From Lama glama (Eukaryota), in contig CM052818.1 of the NCBI GenBank assembly GCA_028534125.1, forward strand, positions 43,960,001-44,024,000: a stretch of DNA of 64,000 nt, written 5' to 3'. A model generated the notes under the pieces. The model saw nothing but the letters and a program-made list of their open reading frames with translations, made no database searches and was not told the DNA's origin. The translations under genes and the position numbers were made by a program. This document shows positions 63,446 to 64,000 of the stretch, in pieces; within the stretch, counting starts at the first letter, position 1, and each line of letters opens with the position of its first letter.

Positions 63446-64000
63446 GATGGAATCCTGGTTTGGCCCTGAACACCGGACACCTCGATATTCTACTGATGTG
63501 AATCTTCGTAGGGTTCATCTCCCACGTTCAGTTGTGTGTGTGTGTCTTATGAAGGCTTCCACAAGGTAGTAACTTTTCGCTCCTCTGACCTGATAGGTAG
63601 GATTTATCGATGCTGTAGGTCAATGTAATATTCTGTGGGATATCAGATAGTCCAGGATCTCTTTGAACTGTATTGTTGACAAGGTGAGGGAGGGAAGGAA
63701 TTAATATCACCCTGGGGCACAAGCGTGAATTTATAGTTTTGCCCATTCAATGTAATACAGACTGTTTTTTATCCTCTTTTCTGATAGAGATGGAGAAGAA
63801 TGGCCACAGTCAATGGCCACAAACCATGTACTGAAATCATGCTAATATGCAGTAGAAGTGATACTCAGTCTGAGACAGGCACTGAAATTGCAACTGGGAT
63901 TAACATTTGAGGAAGTTTATGGAAGAACATTATCCTTCTCCAAGAGTCATCTGGTTTCTGCAGGAGACTGATGACTTAAGTGTGGATTTGACAGGCACCA
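63446..64000 (-). mobile_element. Decayed ERVL pol: reverse transcriptase (runs off the window end)
   Basis: Minus-strand fragments QKPDDSWR, STWFVAID, FFSISIRKEDKKQ, NGQNYKFTLVPQGDINS and NTVQRD..IPQNITLTYSIDK parallel ERVL RT motifs (QKTDGSWR, WYAAIDLANAFFSIP, YTFTVLPQGYINS, ITLVHYIDD). Confidence 0.9.

Noticed and set aside
1..64000. Host gene identity or a novel multi-gene system
   Set aside because: No exon, RNA gene or gene cluster is recognisable from sequence alone; I cannot tell intronic from intergenic

Overview
Mammalian non-coding genomic DNA, almost certainly camelid. The evidence is two tRNA-Ala(AGC)-headed vic-1-type SINEs and camelid/artiodactyl-type L1 3' ends. I find no credible protein-coding exon, RNA gene or CRISPR-like system; the listed ORFs are chance ORFs or repeat remnants. 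The window is a mosaic of ancient repeats (MIR, L2, L1M, MLT1/MLT2, MER5, MER45A, MER58B and a decayed ERVL pol on the minus strand) and younger lineage-specific L1/SINE insertions with target-site duplications (TSDs). There are two fixed 500-N scaffold gaps. Most notable: (1) an L1 insertion with a twin-priming inversion plus a templated inverted copy of its own flank (58.8-59.6 kb); (2) several short patches where repeat copies appear strongly shifted AT->GC, suggesting GC-biased gene conversion (gBGC) at former recombination hotspots; (3) three further 5'-inverted L1s; (4) a few candidate enhancers/promoters. Repeat subfamily names come from my recollection of consensus sequences and need RepeatMasker/Dfam confirmation. 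Boundaries are approximate unless a TSD is quoted. I cannot support a claim of a new biological system here.
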